DNA of 64,000 nt from Chlorokybus atmophyticus (lineage: Eukaryota; Plantae; Mesostigma and Chlorokybus algae), in the NCBI GenBank assembly GCA_009103225.1, contig RHPI01002699.1, positions 162,578 through 226,577 on the forward strand. Direction: 5' to 3'. This document shows, one piece after another, positions 1 to 13,612 of this stretch. The position numbers and the translations under genes are program-made. The notes beneath the pieces were generated by a model that saw only the letters and a program-made list of their open reading frames with translations, had not been told where the DNA came from and did no database searches. Within the stretch, counting starts at the first letter, position 1. Every line of letters starts with the position of its first letter.

Positions 1-46
1 AGCCGAAGAGGCTAACCCGCATCACAAGAAGGCCAAGGCCGATTTT

Positions 47-1084
47 GTGAGAAACAAGCCCACTTTCGCGAAAGCGAAACCCAAGAAGGGAGGGCCTCCG
101 GCAAAGTCAGCCAGCAAGGCGGGGTATGTTAACCTCACCATTTTTGGAGCTGAGAGATTGGCGCTGATGAAGGAAGGGAAGTGCCTCCTCTGCAAGGAAA
201 AGGGGCATTTGATTAAGAACTGCCCTCAGCGCGCCTCCGGCCCCAAATATGATTTATGGGTAGCTGAGCCAGTGAGTAGCACCATAGCTTTTACTTTTGT
301 AAACGGACTTAAGTCAAAATGGTGTAATAAATTGCCTTTTGAATGTGAAGTCTGTTTGGGAAATGCAATGTACCAACTGCCAAGTGTGATAAATTTAGAA
401 CCACATATGCAAAGTGTTCTAATTCATGGGGCTACTTTAAAGCTTAAAGATTCAATACAAGTGTATTGAGATCATAAAATAAAGAACCCCGGAGTAAAGG
501 CAGCTGTGTTAACTCCGACATACAAAGGCAATTAGTTCCTTAAACCAAGCGGTTTCACCAAAGCTGGTACTCTAAGTAAAGAAGATTCCTTCCATGGGAA
601 GTCGCTGGTTATATGGACAGATGAGCTCAGCTATTGAGTGAATGAAGAAATGGTAAGTACCTTGGAAGGTACAGCGCTAGGTCGCGAAATAGGAGTCTTA
701 ATTAACTCAGGATCAACCAAGAATTTAATCGATCGCCGCTTAGTCCGAAGTATAAAGGTAGAAACCACTTCGGCCTTGTATGCGGACATAAGCAGTGTTA
801 AATTACCGAATTTGGGCCAAGTTGATATGAAAGTCCAAATAGACGATTATACCGAAATGATGGTATGCCAAGTTATCAAGATGCAAATACAGAATTTGCA
901 ATGGGTACTTCGTACCGATTGGTTATGTCAAACCAAATCGATAATGGATTTTGAGAAAAGAATATGTTGGGTGAAAAAGGGTGAACATATATTCACTCTA
1001 CCCTTTTCTCAGAAAATAAGAACTCCGAAGATGAGGATTCAAGATTACTTAGTAGCGCAATGTAACCTAGCGCGAGTTACTTAG
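47..1084 (+). pseudogene. Chromovirus gag C-terminus (CCHC knuckle) + extra ~125-aa domain + aspartic protease, one frame with nonsense stops
   Basis: CLLCKEKGHLIKNC fits CX2CX4HX4C. VLINSGSTKNLI is the retropepsin D(S/T)G motif with D>N. ORFs 47 and 638 are in the same frame, separated by stops at 467, ~533 and 635. Confidence 0.85.
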
Positions 1085-1143
1085 TAATTGCAATGGTGAG
1101 TTATTAATAAGAATCATCCTCGGAATTAGAAGGGGAGGTACTG

Positions 1144-3974
1144 TTGCATGCTTTACCTCCGGTGGTACAAAAGAATAGAGACCTTTTCATAGACACACCT
1201 CCCACGTTACCGTCGGAACGAGAGATTTGGCATACCATCCCATTAAAGCATGAGACGCCTCCCCCGACGCGACCACTCTATAGGTTAAGTCCTATAGAAT
1301 TCGCGGAGATGGAAAAGAACCTGAGTGGGTTATTGAAAAAAAAATGAATAGAGCCAAGTATTTCACCGTATGCGGCACCTATTCTCTTTGTTCGAAAGCC
1401 ACATGGTCGAGGGCTACGCATGTGCGTAGACTGTCGTTCGTTAAACACGAAGATGATACAAAACAAGTACCCTATTCCCCGAATTGACAACATGTTTAAT
1501 CAATTGAGAAAGGCGAACGTTTTTAGTGCCCTTGATTTAACAGCGGGGTATCATCAGATTCGGATAACACCGGAGGATGTCCCCAAAACCGGTTTCAAAA
1601 CACCAAAAGGGCACTATCAGTATAAGGTTTTGCCTTTCGGCTTAACAAATGCCCCCGTTACATTCCAAGCGGTTATGAACCGCATACTAGCACCATTTAT
1701 TAACAAGTTTGTGCTAGTATATCTAGATGATATATTGGTCTATAGCGTTAATGAAGAAGAACATGAGTATCACCTACAGTTGGTGTTTGAAACCTTGAGA
1801 AGGCACAAATTGTTTGCGTGCCTTGAGAAGTGCCAATTCTTTAAGAAAGAGGTCCTGTACTTAGAACACATTATCGGCAATGGTTCAGTAAAAGCTGACC
1901 CCGCGAAAGTCGCGATGGTTCGTAATTGGTCAAGACCAAGCAACGCGACTCAGTTGAGGCGTTTCTTGGGACTTACGGGCTTCTTTCGTCGATATATGGT
2001 GGGCTACTCAACCATGGCTTCTCCATTACACAAGTTATTATGTGATGGTGCCAAGTGGAATTGGGACTTAAACTGTGAATCGGCGTTTCAAAGGATTAAG
2101 CAATTTTTGTTAGAAGCGCCAGTACGAACTCTACCGGACTTCAAAAAGCCATTTCAAGTTATTACCGACGTCAGCATAGTAGGTACTAGTGCAGTATTAC
2201 TCCAAGAAGGGAGACCGGTAGCGTTTGATTCACATAAATTTACTGATGCGGAAAGGAACTATACTACTAACGAGCAAGAATTATTAGCGGTAATTCATGC
2301 ACTCACTCGGTGGCGGTGTACTTGGAAGGGGTAATGTTTATGGTCATCACTGATCACAACCCTCTCATATATCTTCCGCAACAACCCAACTTGTCAAGGC
2401 GGCAAGCTAGGTGGGTTGAATTCCTATCGCGATTTGACTTTCAATGGCAATATAGGGCAGGTCGCATGAATGTGGCGGACCCTATAAGTAGGGGGCCCCA
2501 CTTAGTCGCGGTGACCTTTACGAGAAGGTCTAACATATGGTCAGTTCCTTTGGAAGAAAAGATAAAGGAGATATACCAAAGCCACGAATAGTTCGCGAAT
2601 TTGGAAAAGAACACCTTAATTTATGAAAATGAATTATGGTATAACGACAACGCAGTGGTTGTACCTAACGACGCCGAATTAAGGCGCGCATGTCTTTCCA
2701 AATTGCATGACCCGCCTGAGCGCGGGCATTTTGGCGAAAAAAAAACCGTTCAGTTGGCAAAGAGGACCTTTTGGTGGCCTACTGTTTCGAAAGATGTAGA
2801 GAATTATGTGGCAACTTTTCATAACTGCCAGAGAAACAAAACTTCACATAAACATAAGGCCGGCCCTTTGGTTCCTTTGCAAATTCCAGAAGAACCTTGG
2901 TCTTCAGTTGGCATAAATATGATTGAGGGAATGCCAGAGACCAAGAGCGTTTATAATACAATAGTTGTATTTATCGACCGCTTTATCAAGATGGTACACA
3001 TGGCACCTGGTTCTAAGGATACCGGTGCAAAGGAGTTACAACAAATCTTCTTAAGGGAAGTATTTAGGCTACATGGTTGGCCTAAGGAGGTTGGAACCGA
3101 TAGAGACATTCTTTTCACTGCGCCCTAATGGAAACAATATAGTGAGTCAACAGGCATTACTTGGTGTATGTCTACCGCTTACCATTCACAAACGGATGGT
3201 CAAACGGAGCGCATGAATCAAATAGTAGAACAATGCTTAAGACAAAACGCTTTTCGAATTCTCGTGAGTGAGTGGGACCAATACTTAAGCATTGTGGGGT
3301 TCGCAATAAACGACTCTTATCAAAGGTCGTTGAAGAATACACCGTTCATTTGGAATTATGGGAAACATCCCAAGACTCCCCTAGAAAACTTCACAAGGAG
3401 AAAGACTCCAGTATTGGCGGTAGAACAATGTGCGGCCGAAATGCATGAGGTTTGGCAAAATACCAAGACCTTTTTGCAACAAGCCCAAAGCCGTAAAAAG
3501 GCTTACGCCGATAGAAGCCGCCGTAAAGTAGTGTTCAGTATTGGGCAATTTGTTTTGCTTAGTACGTAAAACGTAAGGCTTAGGAAATGGCGTGACCAGA
3601 AAAAGTTGTGGCCGCGATGGCTAGGGCAGATGCAAGTCCTTAAGCGACTAGGGGAAGTCGCTTGTCAACTTAAGCTTCCAGAGAAACCCACTCCGTGGAA
3701 AATACATGATGTGTTCCATGTATCTCTTTTTAAGGAATATAGAACGGAAGGTCGAAGACAACCACCGCCAAGTCCCGAAGTAGAAGGGGAAATTGGGTAC
3801 GAGATGGAAGCGATCTTAGCTCGCTGTTCCCGGGGCCAACAACGCGTTCTCGAGTATCTCATTAAATTGAAGGGATTAAGTGCGGAGCACAACACTCGAG
3901 TATCAGAGAGGTTTCTCCAAAGTCATTATCATAATTTACTTGATCGATGCGTGCGTACGATTGACCAAGTATAG
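1144..3974 (+). pseudogene. Chromovirus pol: reverse transcriptase, RNase H, integrase, chromodomain
   Basis: RT: SPYAAPILFVRK, LDLTAGYHQI, LPFGLTNAP, YLDD. RH: TDVS..G, NYTTNEQELLAV, TDHNPL, NVADPISR. INT: HDPPERGH..HNC, WSSVGIN, TDRD, QTDGQTERMN. GPY/F-like WPRWLG. Chromodomain YEMEAILA..EYLIKLKG..HNTRV. Confidence 0.93.
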
Positions 3975-4142
3975 GGAGACATAATACAGCCAAGGTGTCC
4001 CTTTGATCTTGAATATACCCCGAAACTAAGCTAAGCTTGTTCCAGTAGGGTACCCGAAAAGAGGTATGCCGTCTTAGGGCCTGATTAACTTTAAGTCTTG
4101 CGGCTATCGACTAAGTGAGTTTAACGAGGACGTGAAAGGAAC

Positions 4143-4155
4143 AAGTGGGGAGGTA
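4143..4155 (+). other. Polypurine tract of the chromovirus
   Basis: AAGTGGGGAGGTA directly before TGTGG (4156), preceded by GAGGACG as in chromovirus 3' ends. Confidence 0.75.
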
Positions 4156-6147
4156 TGTGGTACTTGGCTGACGTGACTGCTATGGCTACGACCGTAATCC
4201 AAAGACCTTGGAATCCATTGACCGTTAAGGGTTAATGAGACGAAATCGAGCTACCATGATGAACTAAGAGTCCTTGAAATTAAATGGATTAAAAGGGGTA
4301 TCTTAACGCATCGTTAAGACCACGAAAATGCATTGATCGTTAAGTATTAAGGTAAAGGCGTTAAAGCGACATACGCCAATACACTGAGCATAGAATACTG
4401 GAATAGATGAAGTATTGTCACGAATTGGGATAAATTGTGACAGACCTCACTCATGGTAGTGTCTTTTACTACCATAGCCTAGTGGTCGGGCCCCGATTGT
4501 TACAATGGTTTCGGAGCTTGACGTCTCAGGTTCAATTCCCGTAGGGGACTGAGGCAGATCCAAGGCAAAAACAAAAACATTTGGGGCGGCTTGCCCTAGG
4601 CTGGGCGCGGGATCACGACCTGCGCGCCGAGCCAGTTCAACCTAAGGCCGCGTGAGCGGTCGCGCTGCGATGGCAGGTCGCGCGGTGAGGATGGCCGTTC
4701 GGTCGGTCAGGACCGTTCGTGGGCCGGATCCAACAGGCCGCGGGCAGACCGATTGTGGTACGGCCGCGAAAACGGCGACGTGGGCTAGTGCCTCATTGGA
4801 TTATGAGGAACTCATAGGTTAAATTGGGGAGGAATGTCACGAATTGGGATAAATTGTGACAGACCTCACTCATGGTAGTGTCTTTTACTACCATAGCCTA
4901 GTGGTCGGGCCCCGATTGTTACAATGGTTTCGGAGCTTGACGTCTCAGGTTCAATTCCCGTAGGGGACTGAGGCAGATCCAAGGCAAAAACAAAAACATT
5001 TGGGGCGGCTTGCCCTAGGCTGGGCGCGGGATCACAACCTGCGCGCCGAGCCAGTTCAACCTAAGGCCGCGTGAGCGGTCGCGCTGCGATGGCAGGTCGC
5101 GCGGTGAGGATGGCCGTTCGGTCGGTCAGGACCGTTCGTGGGCCGGATCCAACAGGCCGCGGGCAGACCGATTGTGGTACGGCCGCGAAAACGGCGACGT
5201 GGGCTAGTGCCTCATTGGATTATGAGGAACTCATAGGTTAAATTGGGGAGGAATGTCACGAATTGGGATAAATTGTGACAGACCTCACTCATGGTAGTGT
5301 CTTTTACTACCATAGCCTAGTGGTCGGGCCCCGATTGTTACAAGTACCTAAAAGGTACCTCACTATCGGAGTTACAAGAACGGTAAATACTATCGGGGAC
5401 TCCGACCTAGTACAATTCTCGAGGTTAGGGATTGTCGAACTATGTCGTAAATCAACATAGGAATTTCCGCAATACTAGTTCACTCCTGAGTATGAAGGTT
5501 GAACGAAAGTGATGTCGGCCTAAACTGAAAGTTATGAACATAGGAGAATCGCATTCGGGGTCGAACTTTGGAATAGATTTCCGATGTTCGCCCAAAAGCG
5601 TTGGCACTTTGGAAAATAGTTTTCGAGGGTCCGATCGGGCGTAATGAACTAACAAAGGCACAGGAACCCCGAAGTACAAAAAGAGGCAGTGCCAAGTAGT
5701 CGGCATTCAGTTGTCTTCAGCCGGTTGCAAGCGGAGCTCTACTGGAGTGAAGGCCGGTACTAAGGGTTAGAGTTCTTGGGTGATCGGAGAGAGGCCATTT
5801 AAGGGAACGCCATATCAAAGCCTTTCCAGGTACTAAGTCATTCACATATATACTAAGATGGTATACTTATGGTTCACTTGGTTACAACTTAGTTGTTGTA
5901 GGGAAGCTGATTGGGTAGTAATCCCTTTTATCTGAGATTGGTTGTTCACACGCCTAAGTGGGTCGATGTGAAGAGGGTACATGTTAATATGCACAAGTGG
6001 CGCATATTTCGAAAGCATCCGCGACTGATAGAATTAGTTCACTTGGCTAATTAGTTCACTGAAATAAATAGTTCACGTTGACAGTTCACTTGGGTTAGCT
6101 CACAAGTGAGTCAACTCTTCACTGAATCATTTAATCAGAGCCTCACA
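4156..6147 (+). repeat. Chromovirus LTR (~1.06 kb once the nested TRIM is removed)
   Basis: Starts TGTGG after the PPT and ends CCTCACA before a PBS-like TGGTATCGGAGC (6149-6160). Imperfect terminal inverted repeat TGTGG/TCACA. The partner LTR is not in the window. Confidence 0.7.
4416..5342 (+). mobile_element. Tandem-array TRIM (LTR-int-LTR-int-LTR), non-autonomous LTR retroelement
   Basis: Three identical 89-bp LTRs (4416-4504, 4835-4923, 5254-5342; TGTCAC...GTTACA) at a 419-bp period. PBS-like TGGTTTCGGAGC follows LTRs 1 and 2. PPT AATTGGGGAGGAA precedes LTRs 2 and 3. Flanking 5-mers AGTAT/AGTAC look like a TSD with one mismatch. Confidence 0.92.
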
Positions 6148-6311
6148 TTGGTATCGGAGCTCGTGGAACATGCATGCTCTCTACTTCTGCTTGGCCTCAA
6201 GCCGCCCATGGTCCCGCACAGTAAGTGTGAAGTTAGTCCCTGGGTGGTGGCTATGCATACTTACAAACTCTTGTACTTGCAGAGCTTGACAGATCACGAG
6301 ATACAATAGGC

Positions 6312-8604
6312 ATGGACGCCTGCCAGGACAAACCCTACCATGATCGGTGCACTACCTTGGATGAGAAAGACATTGCCAACATTTACAAGTGCATTCAACG
6401 CAGTCGGTTGATTGATGGCAATGACGCAGCAGCGGTACACAACATGGTACTGATGCATTCCAAAGGCATTGTGCTACATTATAAAGAGGAAGAACAAACA
6501 GCGCGCAAGCGCACGCCTTTTATGTTGGTCCTGCAGACAGCGTTTCAGCGCGATATGCTATCCACATTTGGTACAAACATAGCCTTGATTGATGCGACTG
6601 GCGGCACCAATAGTTGCGGCTATCGGCTGTACACTCTGTTGGTTAAAGACGACTTTGGCAACGGTCAGTACCGCCCTTATAGCTGCTGGACACCTGACAA
6701 TTTGATAAGACTGTCATGCATTAACTGCAAAACCGATGCTCGCACACGCGCAGGTGTGCCAGTTGCATGCATGGTTACCAATGGCGAAGACCATGAGGTC
6801 ATACTCACCTTTCTTCAGAAGATCAAGAAAAGGACAGGCATGTTGCCAGCAAACATGCTGCTGGACAAGTCTCAAGCTGAGCTAAAGGCGTTGCGGGTAC
6901 TCGGCATAGATCCGCTCCTCTGCTACTTCCACATGCTACAGGATGTTGAGCGGATCCTGCGCAAAAGAGACAACAAAGTGCCGTTACATCTACGACCAAA
7001 TATTATGCAAGTAATAAAGCGCTTGAAACAAAGCAAAGACGAGCTGGTGTTTGAGAGCCACTATACTGATTTCAAGCAGACATTTGCACACCTGCCATTG
7101 CTGATAGCCTACATTCACAATGAATGGTACAAGTGCAGAGGTATGCAGCGTGTGCGCACCACTGTTCAAAGCCAAAGAAAGTAGCTAACTGCTTGTTGCA
7201 TGCAGTGCAATGGGCAGACTTTGGGAGGCAGTTTCAACACGAGCGCATTGAAACAAACAACCACCTTGAACGGCTTTTCCATTCCTTGAATTATGGCTAA
7301 AAGGCAAAGTGAATCGCAGAATCTCAGCTTGTTCAGACTATCCTTGATGACATTGTTCCATTGTAATACCGTCAACGGCAACGCAAACTGGATGGCCGCA
7401 TTGGCAACCGAGAAGAGCAGCAGCAAGCTAAGCGTAGGCATGACGTTGCGTACCTGAAGACTAGCAACGCCATCACGCTTGAAGACCATGTGCTTGGAGT
7501 GTGCAGTTGCCCAAGCATGAGTAATAAGGATGGCTTATACGCTGATGGTAGCTGAGCTGCTATGCGAGTGCCCGGCTTCCAATGTGCATGGGCATCTTTC
7601 GAAGCAGCTCTCGCGGCCTGCCCGTTGACGATGAGCATGAGAAGGTATGTCAAGGACTGCATCCTCCTGCCCATCTATGGTACTTACTTTGCTGTTGTCA
7701 TGTAGGTGGCGGCAACGCGCTTGCTTGAGGAGGACCTTGTGCAGCAGCATGCTCACCTGCAAGGCCTGCTTGTAGTCAACAATCTGCTCGGGAGCGACAA
7801 GCAATATGAGTGCAATGTTGTTGCCAAGTTCTGCACATGCATCGACTGTGACACCAACTCAGTATGCTGCCATCTGATGGCGGCGATGACGAACATGCAG
7901 ATGAATGATGTTAGGGAAGGTGCTGGCTCTACATGCAACAGCTCTGCATTGACCGTTCACGTACATACTGATTCACCATGACAACACCTGACTTTCCGTA
8001 CACAGGGTTGGAAGCTTGCGGTGAGATGGCATCAGAGCGTGATGGTGTTGAGGCCACCACAAATACTGAGCCCCTCACCAACGTTGACATCCATGAAGAT
8101 TGTGGACGGCACACTTTGGAAAAGCCCCTCACCAACGAGCCAGTTGCTGGTAATCTGACCCATAGCATGAGTAGTAGATGCCATGCATGCTTGAAGCAAC
8201 ACGAGTACTGCATAATATGCACGCTTCAACTCTGTATTGATATGCAGAGAGCGACGATGTTGCAAACACTATAAGACGTACCTTGCTAGCTATCAAGCGG
8301 CGTGTCAAGTACATAACCGGGATAACAGCACTTGACTTGCAAGACGAGCTTGCTGCCATTGCGGCTCGCATTCAAGCAAGTGTGCCTACGTTTGAAAGCA
8401 CGCAAAGACAGCATTAGAAGCATTGGACCCGCAAGAACAAGGGTAGAGTGGTGCCCCTCCTGTATGCGGTGCGTGCAAGCACACAACGAGCAAGCCAGAC
8501 AAGCACTACGGACTCTAGACCAGCACGCAAGCCACCAGCAGTGCACATACCGCGGTTTGCTAAGTTTCAAGGTTCGGGAAGACCAGCTTTTATCGGCGCG
8601 GTAA
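6312..8604 (+). mobile_element. Mutator-like (MULE) transposase with SWIM finger, spliced, frameshifted
   Basis: IDATGGTN..GY.L, LLDKSQAE, LCYFHMLQ (CxxH), and after an intron ETNNHLE (third acidic residue). SWIM motif CTCIDCDTNSVCCH at ~7830-7875. Introns at 6664-6753 and from 7141. Frameshift near 7295. No TIRs located. Confidence 0.88.
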
Positions 8605-9413
8605 CGTTGGTACCTTGAACAAAGGGCCAAGCAGCACCCAAGCGCCATCCAAGGCAAAAACCAGCAGACCCTACCGCTGGTTTGCATGAAAGCCAGCCCT
8701 CTGCCTCCATGCCAACAGACACAGAGATCGACAATAGTCCCCCATCACATGCGCGGCCATGCTCAGAGCACACAGCATGATTGGCGAACACCTCCGCCAA
8801 AGCTCAACCCATACACGTACGCACACCGCCACCAGCACAGTCCCCGGCATTGAAAATTGCGATAAAATGCCGTGAGAGCTTAGAGGAACAAGCCGTTAAG
8901 TTGATGCAGTAGGAAATGGTGATGATGAATGGACCAACTCATAATGTAAACTGGCATAATTATCTACATACAACCACAACTCAACTATGTTGAGCCAGTG
9001 AGCTACAATCAAACTAACAAAGCCATCGTACTGGTGCTGCCTGGTCTGGTCGTCTAGGCCACTGGCAGCAGGTGCGGCGTTGCTGTCGCTGTAGCGCTGG
9101 TCATGGTCCGCCCTCGCCACTCCACCTGCTATCCGCCCACGCCACGCCGCCTCACCACCGCCGTCGCCGCCGCCGCTGCCAGCCATGTGGGCAACGCGTA
9201 GCGACCAAGGCATTTTGATCCACCGTAGGCGGTGAATCACATCGCGGCGGACGGTGAACTACTACTGCTTTAGTTCACTGCCGACGGTAGTTCACTGTAC
9301 TAATCGCGTCCTCACGGTGGAGGACGCGCTGAGAGGATGCGGGAGTTTGAGCATTGGTGCTGAAGCCTATCAGTGCTGTAGCGAACTGCGCCGCAACCCT
9401 GGTGCGACCCATC

Positions 9414-10680
9414 ATGTTTGTCCCGGCGGCGGCAGGGCCGGCGAGGTCTTCTTCGGAACCGTTAGGCCTAAAGGCCAGCATCATGCTAATCATCTTGGGT
9501 TGGGTGGGTATGTTGGTATGGTTGGTGTGGCTGATTTGGGGCAGGGAAGACACCTACGGTATGACTAGCCGCTGCGTCGTCACCCTGGACAACACCACCA
9601 CCACCACCGCCACCGTCGTCGCCAGCCTCGCCACCGTCACCGCCGCCTTCGGACCGCCGCTGGCCCAGGGCGGCGTCCGTGGCGTGCTGTACCAGCTCAC
9701 GCCAGCAGACGGCTGTAGCCCTGTCGCTCATGCCGACAAGGACGGCGATGCCTGGATCGCCCTCGTTGAGAAGGGCAACTGCGGCTTCCACGACAAGGTG
9801 TTCAATGCACAGCTCGCCGGCGCTGCCGCCGCCGTCGTCTACGACAATGAGGACGCCGAATCGCTTGTGCTCAGTAAGGGTTTCGCTCTAGTAACTGATG
9901 TTGCTTGCATGGTTGTCGTTGCTTTGGTTGTGTGTATGGCATGTCCTTTTTGTGCACATACAGTCTCTGCAACGTTTGCTGAGTTTGACTGAGGCCACAC
10001 GTGCCAGTCTTCCACATCAAAAAACATAGATGTGATTATGCAGGCATGTGGTTGCAATTCATAAGACAATGCAGGTTCTTGCTGCATGACTTATGCGATG
10101 ATGTTGTGTTATTGCACGCATGCATTGTTAACATGGTTGTGTGGACACGCGTCATGGCTTTCTAATTGGCACACAAAAATTTGCTTAAACCAATGCGCTT
10201 TTTGCCCTTGCAGTGACCGCAAAAGATGCGAGTGATATCCACATGTCATCCGTGTTCACAAGCAAGCAGGACGGGCAGCTTCTGCATTTTATCACTGCGA
10301 GCCAACAACAAGGAGAGCGTGTGATGGCGGTGCTCGAGCCCGACATAGATTACGTGGTCCCGGATCGCATCCTAACTTGGATACTGACTCCCATATTTGT
10401 TTTTGGCTTCATTTTTTTCACAGCAATGGGCGCTGTGGGAATTCGTGAGGACCGTCTTCGTCGCATTCCAGTGAACACGCCAGCGGACGAGAAGGATGTG
10501 GAGGATGTTGTTGTTGTCAACTGCGAAGCAGCTGCTCCCCCTCTTGCATCGGCTGTGACAAGTGATGGCCATAGCAAGCTTGAACAGGGACAGAGGGCAA
10601 TGAAGTTGGATACAGCGCCCTTGCTGCAAGATTGTGAGTGCCAACAAAAGGGCGACACCCCACCATTGTACCGTCCTTAG
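9414..10680 (+). CDS. PA-domain single-pass membrane protein (RMR/RNF13-like luminal domain, no RING), copy A; exons 9414-9873, 10214-10680
   Basis: AAFGP..G.L..LTPADGCSP..WIALVEKGNCGFHDKVFNAQLAGAAAAVVYDNE is a typical protease-associated domain. N-terminal hydrophobic segment plus a TM segment in exon 2. GTAAGG...TGCAG intron restores A|TG in frame. Confidence 0.85.
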
Positions 10681-11373
10681 TGTGCTTGGGTGGGTGGTTG
10701 CTACTGTACAGTGTATATGGTTGTTTGGTTTCAGAATCAGTGGGCCGGAGAGGCGGTGCATACTGCAGTAGTAGTAGAAGTGCTGTATAGTTCTGTACAT
10801 CACTTGGTTGGGATTGTACATAATATGCCAGTAAAGCTGTGACACTCACAGGCGTGTTTGTCATAATATTGAGTTGAAGTAGTGGTTTAGGGTTGGTGTG
10901 ATTCAGCAGCGCCAGAATGGGTTGTAGTGGCAATAATTGTGAAGCTCATCTCTGATTGGCCGCCTGCTTCACTGCGCAGATGGGAATTGGGAAATAACCC
11001 AGTGCACGTGCGGCCAACAACAATATGCCAGCCATGCTCCAGAGCAGTAGCAAGGTGACTCGAGCAGCATCAGAAAATAAACAATTTCATCAGGTGTGTG
11101 GCGAACAGCGCACATATCTGGATAGAGCAAATCTGTGCATAGTGCCACACAACACAAATCATGATAATTACACAATCGCAGCCAATGGCCCAATGGCGCG
11201 CGCAATGAAGCCATACTTATACAAACTCTATGGCCCAACTGGCCTGTCTCACAGCAAGTCTGGCCCAAGCAGGCCACAACATGCAGATATGTGTACACAA
11301 ACCCTCTGTAGCACAAAGGAGTAAACACTCCAACGAATGGCAGCCCCCAAAAAGCAGGGAGGTTCACCTGCAC

Positions 11374-13612
<2,239 letters not shown>

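Larger units (their letters stand above)
1..6147 (+). mobile_element. Degenerate Ty3/gypsy LTR retrotransposon (chromovirus), 5' part outside window
   Basis: Domain order gag zinc knuckle - protease - RT - RNase H - integrase - chromodomain, then PPT (4143-4155) and LTR (4156-6147). Several in-frame stops and frameshifts. More AT-rich than the host genes. Confidence 0.95.

Noticed and set aside
4468-4548. A tRNA gene or Cassandra-type 5S sequence in the TRIM
   Set aside because: A/B boxes and a D-arm-like stem are present, but acceptor and T stems do not pair into a cloverleaf, and I see no 5S rRNA similarity.
4416-5342. 419-bp periodic array as CRISPR or satellite
   Set aside because: The spacers are identical, and each unit has LTR termini, PBS, PPT and a flanking TSD, so it is a tandem TRIM.
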